NCBI GenBank assembly: GCA_016281935.1
Contig: JAEEJN010000059.1
Location: forward strand, 11,493 to 75,492
Direction: 5' to 3'
From: Bacillota bacterium
Lineage (GTDB): Bacteria > Bacillota > Clostridia > Christensenellales > UMGS416
DNA length: 64,000 bases
The translations under genes were made by a program, and so were the position numbers. A model generated the notes under the pieces. It was given only the letters and a program-made list of their open reading frames with translations. It had not been told where the DNA came from and searched no databases. Shown here piece by piece: positions 28,026-38,209 of this stretch; position 1 is the first letter of the stretch; each line of letters opens with the position of its first letter.

Positions 28026-29516
28026 GTGGAAACGCTGCTCCTGGGGATCGATATCGGCACGTCCGCCTGCAAGACCGCCCTATTCCGTGAAAACGGCAGC
28101 GTCGCCGCGTCTGCGGAAGTCTCCTATCCTGTGACCTATCCCGCCCCCGGACAGGCCGAACAGCATCCGGACGTCTGGTGGGACGCCGCGGTACGCTCAG
28201 TCCGTGAAGTCCTGGAAAAAAGCGGCGCGGATCCCGCCGGGATCGCAGGCGTCGGAGTGGACGGCCAGAGCTGGGCCATGGCTGCCGTGGACAGGGACGG
28301 GAATGCGCTCCTTCCCTCTCCCATCTGGACCGATCTGCGCGCAGCGGACGTCTGCTCCGAACTGGTGAAACTGGCCGGAAAAGACCGGATCTTCTCCGTT
28401 TCCGGGAATCCCGTCATGCCCGGATATACGCTTCCCAAAGTCCTCTGGATGAAAAAGGAACATCCCGAACTGTACCGGGAGACCGACAAGGTCCTTCAGT
28501 CCAACGGCTATATCGTCTTCCGTCTTACCGGTGAAGCCACCCAGGATCTTTCCCAGGGATACGGCTGGCACTGTTTCGATCCCGCCCGCGGGACCTGGGA
28601 CAGGGCCCTCGCGGAAGACCTGGGCCTCCGGGTCTCCCTTCTTCCCGATATCCTGCCCTGCAGCGGGATCGCAGGGACCGTCTCGGCCGAAGCCGCGTCC
28701 CTCACGGGGCTCGCGGAAGGCACGCCCGTCGTCGCGGGCGGTCTGGACGCTGCCTGCGGGACACTGGGCGTCGGCGTCGTGAACGCCGGCCAGACCCAGG
28801 AGCAGGGCGGTCAGGCCGGAGGCATGAGCATCTGCCTCGACGTCTGCCGCTCCCATCCGGATCTCATCCTCTCCCCCCACGTCGTCCCGGACCGCTGGCT
28901 CCTCCAGGGCGGTACGACGGGAGGAGGCGGAGCGCTCCGCTGGTTCAGGGAAGAGCTCTGTCCCGGGCTTTCCTTCGAAGCCATGAGCGATCTTGCTGAA
29001 AAGGCGGAACCGGGTTCCGGCGGCGTACGCTTCCTTCCCTTCATGGCTGGTGAACGGAGCCCGTTGTGGGATCCGGACGCGAAAGCCGTGTTTTACGGAC
29101 TCGGGTTCTCCGCATCCCTTCCTCAGATGATCCGTTCCGTCATGGAAGGCACCGCTTTTGCCCTGCGTCACAATCTGGAGACGGCCGAGTCGGCAGGCGC
29201 CGTGGCGGATGTCCTGCGGTCCATGGGAGGCGCCTGCAGGAGCAGCGTATGGATGCAGATCAAGGCGGACGTCACAGGGCACGTCCTGGAAGTCCCGCAG
29301 GCAGACACGGCCACTGCCTGGGGCGCCGCCATCCTTGCGGGCCTCGGGACAGGCGTCTGGAAGGACGCGGAGGAGGCCGTACGCGGCATCCGGATCCTGA
29401 AGACCTATGAACCCGACGCACGCCGCCGGGAGATCTATGAGAACGCCTACGGGGAATACAGGCGGCTGACCGCCGCCCTCGGACCCATTTTTCATGAAAA
29501 GAGGAGATCAAGATGA
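28026..29516 (+). CDS. FGGY-family carbohydrate kinase (xylulokinase-like)
   Basis: GTG 28026 lies 1 nt after the aldolase stop (GGGAAGG RBS). LGIDIGTSACK N-terminal ATPase motif and FGGY C-terminal blocks. 496 aa. Confidence 0.8.
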   Translation: METLLLGIDIGTSACKTALFRENGSVAASAEVSYPVTYPAPGQAEQHPDVWWDAAVRSVREVLEKSGADPAGIAGVGVDGQSWAMAAVDRDGNALLPSPIWTDLRAADVCSELVKLAGKDRIFSVSGNPVMPGYTLPKVLWMKKEHPELYRETDKVLQSNGYIVFRLTGEATQDLSQGYGWHCFDPARGTWDRALAEDLGLRVSLLPDILPCSGIAGTVSAEAASLTGLAEGTPVVAGGLDAACGTLGVGVVNAGQTQEQGGQAGGMSICLDVCRSHPDLILSPHVVPDRWLLQGGTTGGGGALRWFREELCPGLSFEAMSDLAEKAEPGSGGVRFLPFMAGERSPLWDPDAKAVFYGLGFSASLPQMIRSVMEGTAFALRHNLETAESAGAVADVLRSMGGACRSSVWMQIKADVTGHVLEVPQADTATAWGAAILAGLGTGVWKDAEEAVRGIRILKTYEPDARRREIYENAYGEYRRLTAALGPIFHEKRRSR

Positions 29517-30559
29517 AAGCAGCCGTACTCCACGCCAACCGGGATCTTCGCTATGAAGACTGGCCCACACCCGTCTGCGGCCCCGGACAGGTCATGGTCC
29601 GCGTCCGTGCGACAGGCATCTGCGGGAGCGACGTGCCCCGCGTCCTGCACAACGGCGCCCATTTCTACCCCATCGTCCTGGGTCACGAATTCGCCGGCGA
29701 CGTCGTTGAGACCGGCGAAGGCGTGACGAAAGTCCGGACCGGCGACACCGTGAGCGGCGCTCCGCTCCTTCCCTGCCGTGCCTGTCCCGACTGCCAGAAG
29801 GGCAACTACTCCCTCTGCCGTCACTACAGCTTCATCGGAAGCCGGGAACAGGGCAGTTTCGCGGAATACGTCGTGATCCCCGAAGCGAACGCCGTAAAGT
29901 ATGATCCCTCCGTCCCCTATGAACAGGCGGCCATGTTCGAGCCTTCGACGGTGGCGCTCCACGGGATCCTGCAGGGACAGTATTCCGGCGGAGGCAGGAC
30001 GGCGGTCGTGGGATGCGGAACGATCGGGATCTTCACCGCCCAGTGGGCGAAGATCTTCGGCGCGAGACAGCTCGCTGTCTTCGACGTGGACGAGAGCCGT
30101 CTGGCCCTCGCAAGACGCATGGGGGCGACGGATACCGTCAACACCCGTGAGGAAGGCTGGCTGGAGAAAGCCATGGACCTGACGGGAGGTGCCGGTTTCG
30201 ATCACGTGTTCGAGACCGCAGGCAATCCCGTGACGGACAGGATCTGCTTCGAGATCGCGGGCAACAAGAGCCACGTCACCTTCATCGGCACGCCGCACAC
30301 GGATCTGACCTTTACCCCCAGAGAATGGGAGAACATGAACCGCAAGGAATTCTACCTGACCGGCAGCTGGATGAGTTACTCCGCTCCCTTCCCGGGGAAA
30401 GAATGGGAACTCACCTCCCACTGCTTCGGCACAGGAGAACTGAAGTTCGATCCGGGATTCATCTTCCGGAAATATCCTCTCAGCCGGGCTTGGGAAGCGT
30501 TCCGTCTCTATGACGATCCCGCTTCCGTGCACGGCAAGGTCATGCTGGTCAATGACTGA
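29513..30559 (+). CDS. Zinc-dependent polyol/polyol-phosphate dehydrogenase (MDR family, GatD/sorbitol dehydrogenase-like)
   Basis: 348 aa. GHEFAG and the structural Zn site CRACPDCQKGNYSLC. ATGA overlap with the kinase gene. Confidence 0.85.
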   Translation: MKAAVLHANRDLRYEDWPTPVCGPGQVMVRVRATGICGSDVPRVLHNGAHFYPIVLGHEFAGDVVETGEGVTKVRTGDTVSGAPLLPCRACPDCQKGNYSLCRHYSFIGSREQGSFAEYVVIPEANAVKYDPSVPYEQAAMFEPSTVALHGILQGQYSGGGRTAVVGCGTIGIFTAQWAKIFGARQLAVFDVDESRLALARRMGATDTVNTREEGWLEKAMDLTGGAGFDHVFETAGNPVTDRICFEIAGNKSHVTFIGTPHTDLTFTPREWENMNRKEFYLTGSWMSYSAPFPGKEWELTSHCFGTGELKFDPGFIFRKYPLSRAWEAFRLYDDPASVHGKVMLVND

Positions 30560-30568
30560 GGCGTTCCC

Positions 30569-31504
30569 ATGATCCTGACAGTCACACTGAATCCTTCGAT
30601 CGACAAGCTGTATCTGGTCGACGCGCTGACGGACGATACGGTCATGCGTGTCCGGGAATGCAGGAACACGCCCGGCGGAAAGGGGCTCAACGTTTCCCGT
30701 GCCGCCGCCCGGCTGGGTGAACCCGTGACGGCCATGGGCTTCCTCGGAGGCTTCAACGGACAGTACCTGGAAAGCCTTCTGGAAGGATCCGGCGTCACGT
30801 CCGCCTTCACGCATACGGATTCCGAGACACGCAGCTGCATCAACGTCTGGGACGCATCCCGCAGCCGGTCCACGGAATTTCTCGAACCCGGTGCTCCTGT
30901 CTCCCCCCATGACTGGGAACGTTTCCTGAAAGATTTCACGGACCGTCTGCCCTCCGCGGACGCCGTCACGATCAGCGGGAGCGCACCGCAGGGCGTTCCG
31001 GCCGACGCCTATCCCCGGCTCATCGCGCTCTGCAGAGAAAGGGAGATCCCTGTCCTCCTGGACGCCTCCGGGGAGAGGCTCGTCTCCGGGATCCGGGCTC
31101 TCCCCACGCTCGTCAAGCCGAACACAGACGAGATATCCGCGGTGACGGGACGGAATGCCGGAAGCTTCCCGGACATCCTTCAGGCCCTGAAAGAACTGCA
31201 TGGCGCAGGCGTCGCCTGCCCGGTCGTTTCCATGGGTGCCGAGGGAGCGGTGCTCCTCTGTTCGGACGGATCTTTCCGGGGCACGCCTCCCGTCATCGAG
31301 CCCCGCAACACCGTCGGCTGCGGCGATGTCATGCTTGCGGGATTCGCCGTGGGCTATGCCAGGAGGCTTCCCGTCGAAGACCGTTTCCGCACAGCCCTCG
31401 CGGCATCCGCCGCCAGCGCTCTCTCACCCTATACCGGTGATTTCGACCCGGAGGACTTCGAAAGGATGCTTTCCCTGGTCCGGATCGATCCCATGTCCGC
31501 GTAG
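30569..31504 (+). CDS. PfkB-family 1-phosphofructokinase/tagatose-6-phosphate kinase
   Basis: 311 aa. Blocks TLNPSIDK, GGKGLNVS and C-terminal GCGD. Confidence 0.85.
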   Translation: MILTVTLNPSIDKLYLVDALTDDTVMRVRECRNTPGGKGLNVSRAAARLGEPVTAMGFLGGFNGQYLESLLEGSGVTSAFTHTDSETRSCINVWDASRSRSTEFLEPGAPVSPHDWERFLKDFTDRLPSADAVTISGSAPQGVPADAYPRLIALCREREIPVLLDASGERLVSGIRALPTLVKPNTDEISAVTGRNAGSFPDILQALKELHGAGVACPVVSMGAEGAVLLCSDGSFRGTPPVIEPRNTVGCGDVMLAGFAVGYARRLPVEDRFRTALAASAASALSPYTGDFDPEDFERMLSLVRIDPMSA

Positions 31505-31588
31505 ACCTGCGCGGGCATTTCCTTTTTCCCCGAAATATGGTATAATCAGTCGTTCCTGCATCACCGCGCGACGAAGAAAGGAGGATCC

Positions 31589-32536
31589 ATGCCGCTCGAA
31601 GAGCTGACCGCAGCCCTGCGGGACCGCGCGTCCGGACGCGCCGTCTATATCCTGGATCCCCCCGAAGACCGCTGCGGCTATCTCAGGAGCCTTGGATTCG
31701 GGATCTTCCGGACCGTACCCGCCTATCACCGGGAACATCCCCACAGTGCTTATCTTTTCGGCGCACCTGAAGGCAGAGAAGGTCTCAGAAGGACCCAGAC
31801 GCTCGTGCTTCCCTCCGGATCGCTGAAGCGGACGCAGGTCCTGCGCGGAGGATCCTGGGAAAACGAGACGGAATACTGTTTCCGCCCTCATCACTGGGAA
31901 AAACTGGGGCTCCATCTGACGGACCTCATCGCGGTCGCTGAGCATTACCCCGCCCGCGACGCGCGTTCCCGTCTGGAAGCCGGCGACCTGCTCGCCGCTG
32001 TCCTTCCCCCTTCGCCCCTGGAAATGCTGGTCCGTGAATTCGTTTCGGCGGACTACCTGGAAAAGACAAAGCAAGAAGAACCAGCCGCCCTCAGAAAAGC
32101 CCTGCGTCAGCTGGAACCCTTTTACCGGGAAGCGCTGGCAGCCTGCACGGAAGCGGAATGCGATCTGTACCTCAAAGACGACCGGACTTCACCCGTTCTT
32201 CCCGACAGTTTCAGGGAGACGCTCCGGAACGAATACAGAGAAGTGAAGGACGCCGCGGGCAGCCGTCCGGTCCTGACGTTCGCGGGACATACGGAGGCGG
32301 GCGGTCCCGGTACAGTCCTTTCCCCCTGTCCCTCCCCGGAGAATGCCGGACACGGTGCGGACTGCATACTGATCGGGAACGCATGGCCGGATCACCTGGA
32401 GGAATGGAAGACCGTAATGGCGGAAAACGGGCATCCGGTATTCCTCATCCCCTGGCAGACAGACCGTCTGACCGAACTCATCGCCCTGGCACCGGCGCAG
32501 GTGGGTTGCGAATCCCCGCGTCCGGGTGTAGAATAA
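31589..32536 (+). CDS. Hypothetical protein
   Basis: 315 aa with GAAAGGAGGA RBS. No recognisable motif. Confidence 0.5.
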   Translation: MPLEELTAALRDRASGRAVYILDPPEDRCGYLRSLGFGIFRTVPAYHREHPHSAYLFGAPEGREGLRRTQTLVLPSGSLKRTQVLRGGSWENETEYCFRPHHWEKLGLHLTDLIAVAEHYPARDARSRLEAGDLLAAVLPPSPLEMLVREFVSADYLEKTKQEEPAALRKALRQLEPFYREALAACTEAECDLYLKDDRTSPVLPDSFRETLRNEYREVKDAAGSRPVLTFAGHTEAGGPGTVLSPCPSPENAGHGADCILIGNAWPDHLEEWKTVMAENGHPVFLIPWQTDRLTELIALAPAQVGCESPRPGVE

Positions 32537-32560
32537 ATCAAAAGAACGAGGAGGCCTCAC

Positions 32561-32869
32561 ATGAGCGAAGACCGTGACAATATCGTAACTTTCGAAGACG
32601 ACAACGGCGAGACCGTGGATCTGGAGATCCTGGACTATTTCTTCTATGACGGACAGGAATACGCGATCCTGGCGGATACGGCGGATCTGGATGAAGATTC
32701 CGACGAAGTCCCCGAGGAAGTCGACGTGTTCGTCATGAAGGTTGAACCCGTGGACGACGAAAACGAAGACCTGATCCCCGTAGATCCCGAACTCGAGCCC
32801 GAAGTTCTGGAGTACGCCGGCAAGTTCCTGAACGGTGAACTGGACGACGAAGAAGACGAAGAAGAATAA
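32561..32869 (+). CDS. DUF1292-family acidic protein
   Basis: 102 aa. Typical block ITFEDDNGETVDLEILDYFFYDGQEYAIL plus an acidic tail. Confidence 0.75.
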   Translation: MSEDRDNIVTFEDDNGETVDLEILDYFFYDGQEYAILADTADLDEDSDEVPEEVDVFVMKVEPVDDENEDLIPVDPELEPEVLEYAGKFLNGELDDEEDEEE

Positions 32870-32885
32870 TCAAAGATCGAAAAAA

Positions 32886-32910
32886 AGCGCAGCGTATGCT
32901 GCGCTTTTTC
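32886..32910. terminator. Bidirectional terminator between DUF1292 gene and dnaB
   Basis: AGCGCAGC-GTAT-GCTGCGCT flanked by A6 and T5. Confidence 0.7.
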
Positions 32911-32930
32911 ATGTCCCGGAACAGGCGGGA

Positions 32931-34337
32931 TCACTCTTCGTAATTCCCGAACCCGCGGAGATCCTCCGGCGGATTGACGTAAGACGCGCTTTCCGCGTCC
33001 CAGATGACTTTGACGGTTCCTGTGGGACCGTTCCTGTTCTTGGCTACGAGGACTTCCGCTTCGTTAGGGTTCAGTGCGTTCACGCGCGCTTCCCCGTTCT
33101 CTCCCGCGGCATAATTTCCATAGCTGTCGCGGTAAAGGAACATGACGACGTCTGCGTCCTGCTCGATGGCACCGGAATCACGCAGGTCGGAAAGCTGGGG
33201 CCTGTGGTCGGCCCGGCGTTCCGGAGCACGGGAAAGCTGGGAAAGGACGAGGATCGGCACGTTCAGTTCTCTGGCCGTGACTTTCAGCATGCGGGTGATC
33301 GCGGAGATCTCCTGCTGACGGCTCTCTTCCGAACGGGTACTGTTCCCCGTTCCGCTGAGAAGCTGCAGATAGTCGATGATGATGAGGTTCAGGCCGTGCT
33401 CCATCTGGAGCCTGCGGCATTTGGACCGCAGTTCCACGACGTTCACGTCAGAGGAATCGTCGATGAAAATGGAACAGGGGCCCAGGATGCCTGTAGCGTT
33501 CGTCAGCTTGTTCCATTCCGAACCGGCAAGACGTCCCGTACGCAGGTTCTGCAGGGGCAGATTGCCGACGTTTGCCAGCATGCGCGCGGCGATGTCCTCG
33601 TAGGGCATTTCCAGGGAGAAGATCGCGATCGTCGCGTCCGCGTTCATCCTGGCTGCCTGCTGCGCGATGTTCAGCGCGAAAGCCGTCTTACCCATGGAAG
33701 GACGGGCCGCAAGGAGAACGAGTTCGGAAGGTTTGAGGCCGGAAAGCCATTCGTCCAGCTTCACGAAGCCCGTACGGATGCCCAGCATGGCGTTGGGATC
33801 CTCACTGAGCATCTCGACCCTTTCGAGCGCCTTGTCGATCGCTTCGCGGATCTTGACGAAATTCTTGCTCTGGCGCGCCTGGGACAGGGCGAAGATCGCT
33901 TTTTCAGCCCTTTCCATGACTTCCGAGACCGGTCTGTCTCCGTAACAGTCTTCCAGGATCCCGTTCGCCGCAGCGATCAGCCGGCGGAGCATGCTCCTCT
34001 GGTATACGATCTCGATATAATCCGCGACATGAGCGGCGGAAGGCAGGAAACTGTTGATCTCCGAGAGATAGTCGTATCCGCCCACGGCCCCGATCCGGTT
34101 CTCCCGGTCGAGGATCTCGCTCACGGTGATGAAGTCCACGGGCTGACTGTTCTCCTGCAGCCTGGACATGGCCGAGAAGATCATCCGGTGCGCTTCGAAG
34201 TAGAAATCGTCCGTTTTCAGGATATGGTAAGCCTCAGATGCCGCCTCCTGCGACAGCATCATGGCGCACAGGACCGACTTCTCGGCGTTCAGATTATGCG
34301 GGGCGACCCTGGGGCTCCCGCCTGCCGTCTGGCTCAT
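32931..34337 (-). CDS. dnaB: Replicative DNA helicase
   Basis: 468 aa. Blocks PHNLNAEKSVLCAMM, Walker A ARPSMGKTAF and IIIDYLQL. Confidence 0.9.
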   Translation of the reverse strand: MSQTAGGSPRVAPHNLNAEKSVLCAMMLSQEAASEAYHILKTDDFYFEAHRMIFSAMSRLQENSQPVDFITVSEILDRENRIGAVGGYDYLSEINSFLPSAAHVADYIEIVYQRSMLRRLIAAANGILEDCYGDRPVSEVMERAEKAIFALSQARQSKNFVKIREAIDKALERVEMLSEDPNAMLGIRTGFVKLDEWLSGLKPSELVLLAARPSMGKTAFALNIAQQAARMNADATIAIFSLEMPYEDIAARMLANVGNLPLQNLRTGRLAGSEWNKLTNATGILGPCSIFIDDSSDVNVVELRSKCRRLQMEHGLNLIIIDYLQLLSGTGNSTRSEESRQQEISAITRMLKVTARELNVPILVLSQLSRAPERRADHRPQLSDLRDSGAIEQDADVVMFLYRDSYGNYAAGENGEARVNALNPNEAEVLVAKNRNGPTGTVKVIWDAESASYVNPPEDLRGFGNYEE

Positions 34338-34787
34338 TTAAGCCTCCGCCTCCACGATGACCTTGATGTCCGCGCTGATCCCGGCATAGACCTTGACCTG
34401 CGCTGTTCCTTCGCCCACTTCGCGGATGGGCTCCTTCATGACGATCTTCTTGCGGTCGACTTCCACACCGTACTGCTCCTTGAGAGCGTCGGCGATCTGG
34501 GTGTTCGAAACAGCACCGTATGCCTTTCCGTCCTTGCCGACCCGCAGAGACACCTTCACGCCCAGGTTCTTCAGACGGGCGGCCAGCTGCCTTGCGGCTT
34601 CCTCTTCCAGTGCCTGCCTGTGTTTCTGTGCGGAGAGATGCTTCTCCTGATTCGAGATATTGGAAGCGTTGGCTTCGACCGCAAGTTTCCTGGGGAACAG
34701 GAAATTGCGGGCATAGCCGTCGGAAACGTTCAGGATGTCACCCTTTTTTCCGCTGCCTTTGACGTCTGCAAGTAAAATCACTTTCAT
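34338..34787 (-). CDS. rplI: 50S ribosomal protein L9
   Basis: 149 aa starting [32 protein letters not shown]. Confidence 0.9.
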   Translation of the reverse strand: MKVILLADVKGSGKKGDILNVSDGYARNFLFPRKLAVEANASNISNQEKHLSAQKHRQALEEEAARQLAARLKNLGVKVSLRVGKDGKAYGAVSNTQIADALKEQYGVEVDRKKIVMKEPIREVGEGTAQVKVYAGISADIKVIVEAEA

Positions 34788-35956
34788 GTTTCATCATCCC
34801 CCTTGTCGTTGTCGTCACGAGGCTCATCCTCATCCTTCCTGTCCGTTCCCTCCTGACTGTAGGGACTGTGGATGTGGGAAGCCTCCCTTTCATGCCGCTG
34901 ACGGGCCTGTTCCTGGGCCTGTTCCAGGATCTGTTTGGCGATCTCTTCGTTCCTTCTCAGATTCTCCCGCATCCGGAACGCGGTGTCGAAGAGCCCGAAG
35001 AAGAACAGAGCCCCCGGAAGGACCAGCGTCAGCCCTATGCTCCAGGCCCAGCGTCCGAACGTCCGGACGTGCCTGCGTTCCAGGAAGAACGCGAGAGCCG
35101 CCTCACCCAGGAACCAGAAGACGATCCAGCCGAAGATGTGGATCAGCGTGACGGCGATCGTCATGGCACCCGAAGCGTTCGAGGGCAGGATCAGCGTCAC
35201 GAGATATGCGATGAGCAGTGTGATCGCAAGCGGTCTGGGGATCGCCCAGTCCGAGAATTTCGGAGGTGCGGAAGGATGGGATTCTCCGTCCTGCGTGTTG
35301 CGCAGCGCATACCCGCCGGCCAGCCAGGCGGCATCCCCTGCCAGCAGGCCGAACAGGAACACGGCGCAGGGCATGAGCATCGTTACGGAATCCAGCAGGA
35401 TCGGTTCAGCGAGGCTCAGGAGCTTGTCGAAATCCATGGCCGTATAGGTCTGGAGTTTCGCCGTCATATCTACGGATATCCCCTCCTGGGCGATCATCGC
35501 GAACATGGCGAGATTGTTCCGGAACGAATCCGGATTCTGGAGCATGAGCGTCTTGAACTCCTCTACAAGGAGCGACGGCAGGTCCCCTGCGCTCCTCGTC
35601 AGGAAGAAGACCGCAGCCACGGACAAGGTCTCAGCGCCGATGAGCGCATACAGGAGACCGTCCATATGGGACATTTTGGCCCGTTTCATAAAGTGACATC
35701 CGACGGCACACAGGATTGCCACGCCGGCAGCCAGAAGGCCCAGCGTGCCGTAGAAGAATCCGCCGACCGCCAGGGCCGTGACGCTCATGGTCACGGTCGC
35801 GCTCACGCGTCCGCTCCTGAAATCCAGCGTCAGGGCAAGGATCGGGGCCAGACATACGAACGGCATGACAAGGGAAAACAGGGCGGTGAATACTGACACC
35901 GCCACGAGATCCCAAAGGATCGAATGGACCTTTCGCTTTTCCATCTGGCCTCCCAT
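34784..35956 (-). CDS. YybS-like DUF2232 membrane protein with long acidic C-terminal tail
   Basis: 390 aa, polytopic. ATGA overlap with rplI; the position upstream of rplI-dnaB matches yybS synteny. Start is ambiguous (35956 or 35944). Confidence 0.7.
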   Translation of the reverse strand: MGGQMEKRKVHSILWDLVAVSVFTALFSLVMPFVCLAPILALTLDFRSGRVSATVTMSVTALAVGGFFYGTLGLLAAGVAILCAVGCHFMKRAKMSHMDGLLYALIGAETLSVAAVFFLTRSAGDLPSLLVEEFKTLMLQNPDSFRNNLAMFAMIAQEGISVDMTAKLQTYTAMDFDKLLSLAEPILLDSVTMLMPCAVFLFGLLAGDAAWLAGGYALRNTQDGESHPSAPPKFSDWAIPRPLAITLLIAYLVTLILPSNASGAMTIAVTLIHIFGWIVFWFLGEAALAFFLERRHVRTFGRWAWSIGLTLVLPGALFFFGLFDTAFRMRENLRRNEEIAKQILEQAQEQARQRHEREASHIHSPYSQEGTDRKDEDEPRDDNDKGDDET

Positions 35957-36055
35957 TTCCCTGTCGGTTGTTCACAGGACCGATTTCATTGTACCAGTTC
36001 GGCGTCTCTGCCGCAAGAGCGGTGAAAACACCGGCGATCCGGGATCAGCGGCCTG

Positions 36056-36703
36056 TCAGATCCGGAAGCATTTCTGCACGTCGCGCCAGCGTCCCAGGGT
36101 CAGAACGGTCTGCCCGGGCTGGAAGATCGTATCCGGAGTCACGACCGTGCTGCTGCGTCCGGGTTCCTTGACGACGAGCAGGTTCAGCCCGTAGCGTTTG
36201 CGGATATCGAGCTGTCCCACGCTCCGGCCTCTCCATTCCTCGGGAACGGCGACTTCATAGATTGCATACTCCCCGTCCAGTTTCACGAAATCACGGATCT
36301 GGTCGGAAGTGAAGCAGATCGCGGCCCACTCTGCCAGCTGTTCTTCCGGATACACGACTTCATCCGCTCCGTTGCTCAGAAGGAACTTGCGGTGGACGGC
36401 GCTCGAAGCTCTGGCCACCACGTGGCGGGCGCCGAGTTCCTTCAGGAGGGACGTCGTCTCCAGAGAGCTCTGGAAGTCATCACCGATGCAGACGAAGCAT
36501 ACGTCGTAATTGTCCACGCCCAGACTGCCCAGGAAAGCTTCGTCCCTGCTGTCGCCGATCTGGGCGTTGGTGACGTAGGGAAGGACTCGGTTCACACGTT
36601 CCTCATCCGAATCCACCGCCATCACCTGGTGATTCAGGTCGTTCAGTTTTTTCGCGACGCCGAGGCCGAAGCGCCCCAGGCCGATCAGAAGTATGGATTT
36701 CAT
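36056..36703 (-). CDS. ktrA: Potassium uptake system peripheral subunit (TrkA/KtrA, RCK domain)
   Basis: 215 aa. GLGRFG Rossmann motif and RCK-C domain. Confidence 0.85.
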   Translation of the reverse strand: MKSILLIGLGRFGLGVAKKLNDLNHQVMAVDSDEERVNRVLPYVTNAQIGDSRDEAFLGSLGVDNYDVCFVCIGDDFQSSLETTSLLKELGARHVVARASSAVHRKFLLSNGADEVVYPEEQLAEWAAICFTSDQIRDFVKLDGEYAIYEVAVPEEWRGRSVGQLDIRKRYGLNLLVVKEPGRSSTVVTPDTIFQPGQTVLTLGRWRDVQKCFRI

Positions 36704-36712
36704 CTTTTCTCC

Positions 36713-38041
36713 TTATCCCACGGTGATCTTCTCAACGGGAAGCGCGCCCTGCCCGCCCCTCACAGGCGACTGCATGGCGTAGATCAGGGTCAGGCCGCCT
36801 ACGCGGCCGAAAAACATAAGAAGGATGATCAGGATCCTCGAAACGGTCCCGAGGCTCCCGGTGATACCCAGCGTCAGCCCTACGGTTCCCGCCGCGGAAG
36901 CGGTCTCGAAAAGGCAGGTCAGAAGCGGAAGGCCGTCGATCTGGCTGATGACCATGGCGGCTGTCAAAGCCAGGATAAAGTACAGCAGCACGATCGCGAC
37001 GGCATGCCGGACGGACACATCCTCGATCCTTCTTCCGAAGCACTCCACATGTTCCCTGCGCATGAGCACGGAGCGGGCCGCCAGGATCAGGATCGCCAGA
37101 GTCGTCGTTTTCATGCCGCCCGCCGTCGATCCGGGGGACCCGCCGACCAGCATCCAGAAGATCATAAGCGCCTGGCCGCTCCCGCTGATCTTTGTCAGAT
37201 CGACCGTATTGAACCCCGCCGTCCTAAGCGTCACGCTCTGGAACAGGGCCGGCCAGATACGGTGCCCGAAAGGCAGATCCTGAAATTCGTAGAACAGGAA
37301 ATACAGGAACGGGATCAGGACAAGAGCCGCCGAAGTCACAAGGATGATCTTGCTCTGCATCCTGTAGCGGCGAAACCGGAATCCGTGCTGACGCACGTCG
37401 TCCCAGGTAAGGAAGCCGATCCCGCCGATCGTGATGAGCAGTATGATGACCGCATTCGTCCAGTGGTGCTGTGACAGAGACGTGAGCGAAGAGAAGGCTC
37501 CCGTCTCTCCCATGAGATCGAATCCGGCGTTGCAGAAGGCCGACACGGAATGGAACACCGCCATGCCCAGGCCCTTCAGCACGCCGAAACGGCTTCCGAA
37601 GACCGGGAAGAGCAGGAACGCGCCTATGGCTTCCACTGCCGCTGTGGTCACGAGGATAAAGCGGGTCAGGCGGATGATGCCGCCGACCTGAGGAGCCGAA
37701 AGCGCTTCCTGCATCGTCGTACGCTGCATGAGGCCGATCTTTCTGCCCGAGAGGAACGAGGTCGCGACGGCGGCCGTCACGACGCCCATGCCGCCGATCT
37801 GGATCAGGAAGAAGATCACCGTCTGTCCGAAAGGCGTCCATGACGTCGCCGTGTCTCTTACGACGAGACCCGTGACGCAGGAGGCAGAAGCAGCGGTGAA
37901 AAGGCAGTCAAAGAAAGGAGCGCTCCCCGCTTCCAAGCTGGCGGCCGGCAGCATGAGCAGCGCGGTCCCGGCGGCAATCAGGATGAGAAAGCTCAGAGAG
38001 ATCGTCTGGAAGGTAGAGATCCGAAAGCGTTTCCCGGCCAT
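36713..38041 (-). CDS. ktrB: Potassium uptake system membrane subunit (TrkH/KtrB)
   Basis: 442 aa, polytopic, with repeated selectivity-filter-like TGL/GG segments (SCVTGL, QIGGMG). Confidence 0.85.
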   Translation of the reverse strand: MAGKRFRISTFQTISLSFLILIAAGTALLMLPAASLEAGSAPFFDCLFTAASASCVTGLVVRDTATSWTPFGQTVIFFLIQIGGMGVVTAAVATSFLSGRKIGLMQRTTMQEALSAPQVGGIIRLTRFILVTTAAVEAIGAFLLFPVFGSRFGVLKGLGMAVFHSVSAFCNAGFDLMGETGAFSSLTSLSQHHWTNAVIILLITIGGIGFLTWDDVRQHGFRFRRYRMQSKIILVTSAALVLIPFLYFLFYEFQDLPFGHRIWPALFQSVTLRTAGFNTVDLTKISGSGQALMIFWMLVGGSPGSTAGGMKTTTLAILILAARSVLMRREHVECFGRRIEDVSVRHAVAIVLLYFILALTAAMVISQIDGLPLLTCLFETASAAGTVGLTLGITGSLGTVSRILIILLMFFGRVGGLTLIYAMQSPVRGGQGALPVEKITVG

Positions 38042-38135
38042 CCCAAAGGGACTCCTTTCTGCGGGAAACCCGTTCCCGCCGTGTTTTCTGCTTCCTATTA
38101 TACTTCCTTTTGCCCTCTCTGGGAAGCCGAAGCCG

Positions 38136-38161
38136 AAAAAAGGCCTGCGTTGCCGCAGGCC
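38136..38161 (-). terminator. Terminator after DUF4956 copy 2
   Basis: Minus strand: GGCCTGCG-GCAA-CGCAGGCC followed by TTTTTT. Confidence 0.65.
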
Positions 38162-38209
38162 CGTTTGCCTGTCTTCTGCAGATCCCCGTGGGTCTGCAAG
38201 CCGATCCGT

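Noticed and set aside
38042-38135. c-di-AMP (ydaO/kimA-type) riboswitch upstream of ktrB
   Set aside because: Only ~90 nt separate the upstream terminator from the ktrB ATG, and a TATAAT lies ~55 nt before the start. This is far too short for that riboswitch, and no conserved blocks were seen.
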